Shown one piece after another: positions 62,901-64,000 of a stretch of 64,000 nucleotides of DNA. A model generated the notes under the pieces. That model had not been told where the DNA came from, did no database searches, and saw only the letters and a program-made list of their open reading frames with translations. Numbering within the stretch: position 1 is the stretch's first letter; every line of letters starts with the position of its first letter. The DNA lies in contig OZ237767.1 in NCBI GenBank assembly GCA_965178125.1, positions 1 to 64,000 of the forward strand. Direction: 5' to 3'. The position numbers and the translations under genes are program-made. The stretch is from Bilabrum cf. latius (taxonomy: Eukaryota).

Positions 62901-63910
62901 CTTCCTGTGCATTGTGGCCGCTGTCTAGTGCATGCCGATCGCCTTGCCAATCTCGATGCACTCGAGTCTCGCCCAAAGCAAGACAGCATCTCGCAGTTGG
63001 TGGAGAGGAAGCGAAACAAGACATGCCATGGCGACAGGTCGCCCGCCCTCTTCAGCGCCATCCTCGTGGCCTGCGAGTGCGACACGAGGCAGCTCTGAGC
63101 CCGCTTTCTATTCATCTCCTCGATCACTCCTACCAGCGGTGCCGCCATCCAATGCACCTGCCCCGCGGCCCTTCGGTGCTGCTGCAGCCCTGTCGACAGC
63201 CTCGATATCGACGGGACCGTTATGCAGCAAGCCCACGAGGCCTTCCTGCTCCTGGAGGATTCCCCGGAGGGCAACAGCAGCGGGCGAGTCGTCCTCATCT
63301 TTCAGCTCTAGAATTTCACACGGAGAGAGCAATCGTCTGCCCCTTGCCGCTGCTCTCTGGTGCAAGGAGCGGCAGATTACGGCTCCCAGCCTGGTTTGGA
63401 AGGCCAGACACACAAGCTTCTCGGTCTGCCCCGGCAACTGCTGCAGCAACCGAAACAGTTTGTGCTTGTACGACATTTCAATTTGTCCGAATGAAGCTGC
63501 AATTGGTGCTGCATCTGCCAGAGGATCTCTGATCAGTACTGCGAGAACGTGAGCGAGTACCTGAACCCGACGCACCGCAGCAAACCCCCTTAGAGCAGCT
63601 GCAGGCATCTCAGCCCTCTATTGGCTCGATAAATCATACTGGCGCATCAATGCATTGCGCCAGTACGTGTCTAGCAGCTTTGCAGATGATACGCAGCGAA
63701 GAGTTGTACATGTAGCCTCGAGGCGGGCCACGTCTGGCAGCTCCAGCATGTGGTAAATCCTAGCAACAATAGCTGCGACACTTAAGTCAATTTGAGATTG
63801 TACAAGCTTGGCGCAGGATCCTTAGTAATGCAAGTACTGTCTTTGAATTCAAAATGAACCTCACCAGGCTTGAACTGGGTAAATCGCTCCAAGATGCATT
63901 GAGAAGCCAT
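59901..63910 (-). CDS. Multi-pass membrane protein with N-terminal F-box-like motif (TAG read as sense)
   Basis: ATG 63910, 44-nt intron 63821-63864, ARIYHMLELPDVARLEATCTTLR; one frame with TAGs at 63618, 63108, 62925, 60834, 60552, 60138; ends TAA. Confidence 0.7.
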
Positions 63911-64000
63911 TGTCTCTGTCAAAGCACAGTACAGTCCCACTGATATAGCCGATAGTAATACAAGAGATGTACGGTATCTAACTCAATTTGGCTGCAGGCC

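Overview
This is the left end of a eukaryotic chromosome with (CCCTAA)n/TTAGGG telomeres, from a GC-rich, intron-poor protist (stramenopile-like by style; the taxon is an inference). The main result is a non-standard nuclear genetic code. More than 50 in-frame TAG codons interrupt otherwise intact genes, including SPT6, a BASS transporter, RUS1 and a 9.2-kb receptor-like gene. No in-frame TAA/TGA occurs in the exons I resolved, and every resolved gene ends in TGA or TAA. Context (WW-domain S*WEKP, IPT/TIG GG*PC, Gln-rich tracts) points to UAG=Gln with UAA kept as stop (NCBI table 15-like), so the supplied ORF track fragments most genes. The first 12.5 kb is a polarised array of 331-bp satellite modules separated by interstitial telomeric tracts and enclosing a two-gene cassette. 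This layout resembles terminal retrotransposition (HeT-A/Athena-like) or recombinational telomere capture. Further in are an ankyrin protein, large surface proteins, NAGLU, WW and PH/NPF proteins, dUTPase, a bacterial-type secreted protein with an intron, an F-box-like membrane protein, and a short bacterial ECF-sigma fragment beside an assembly gap.
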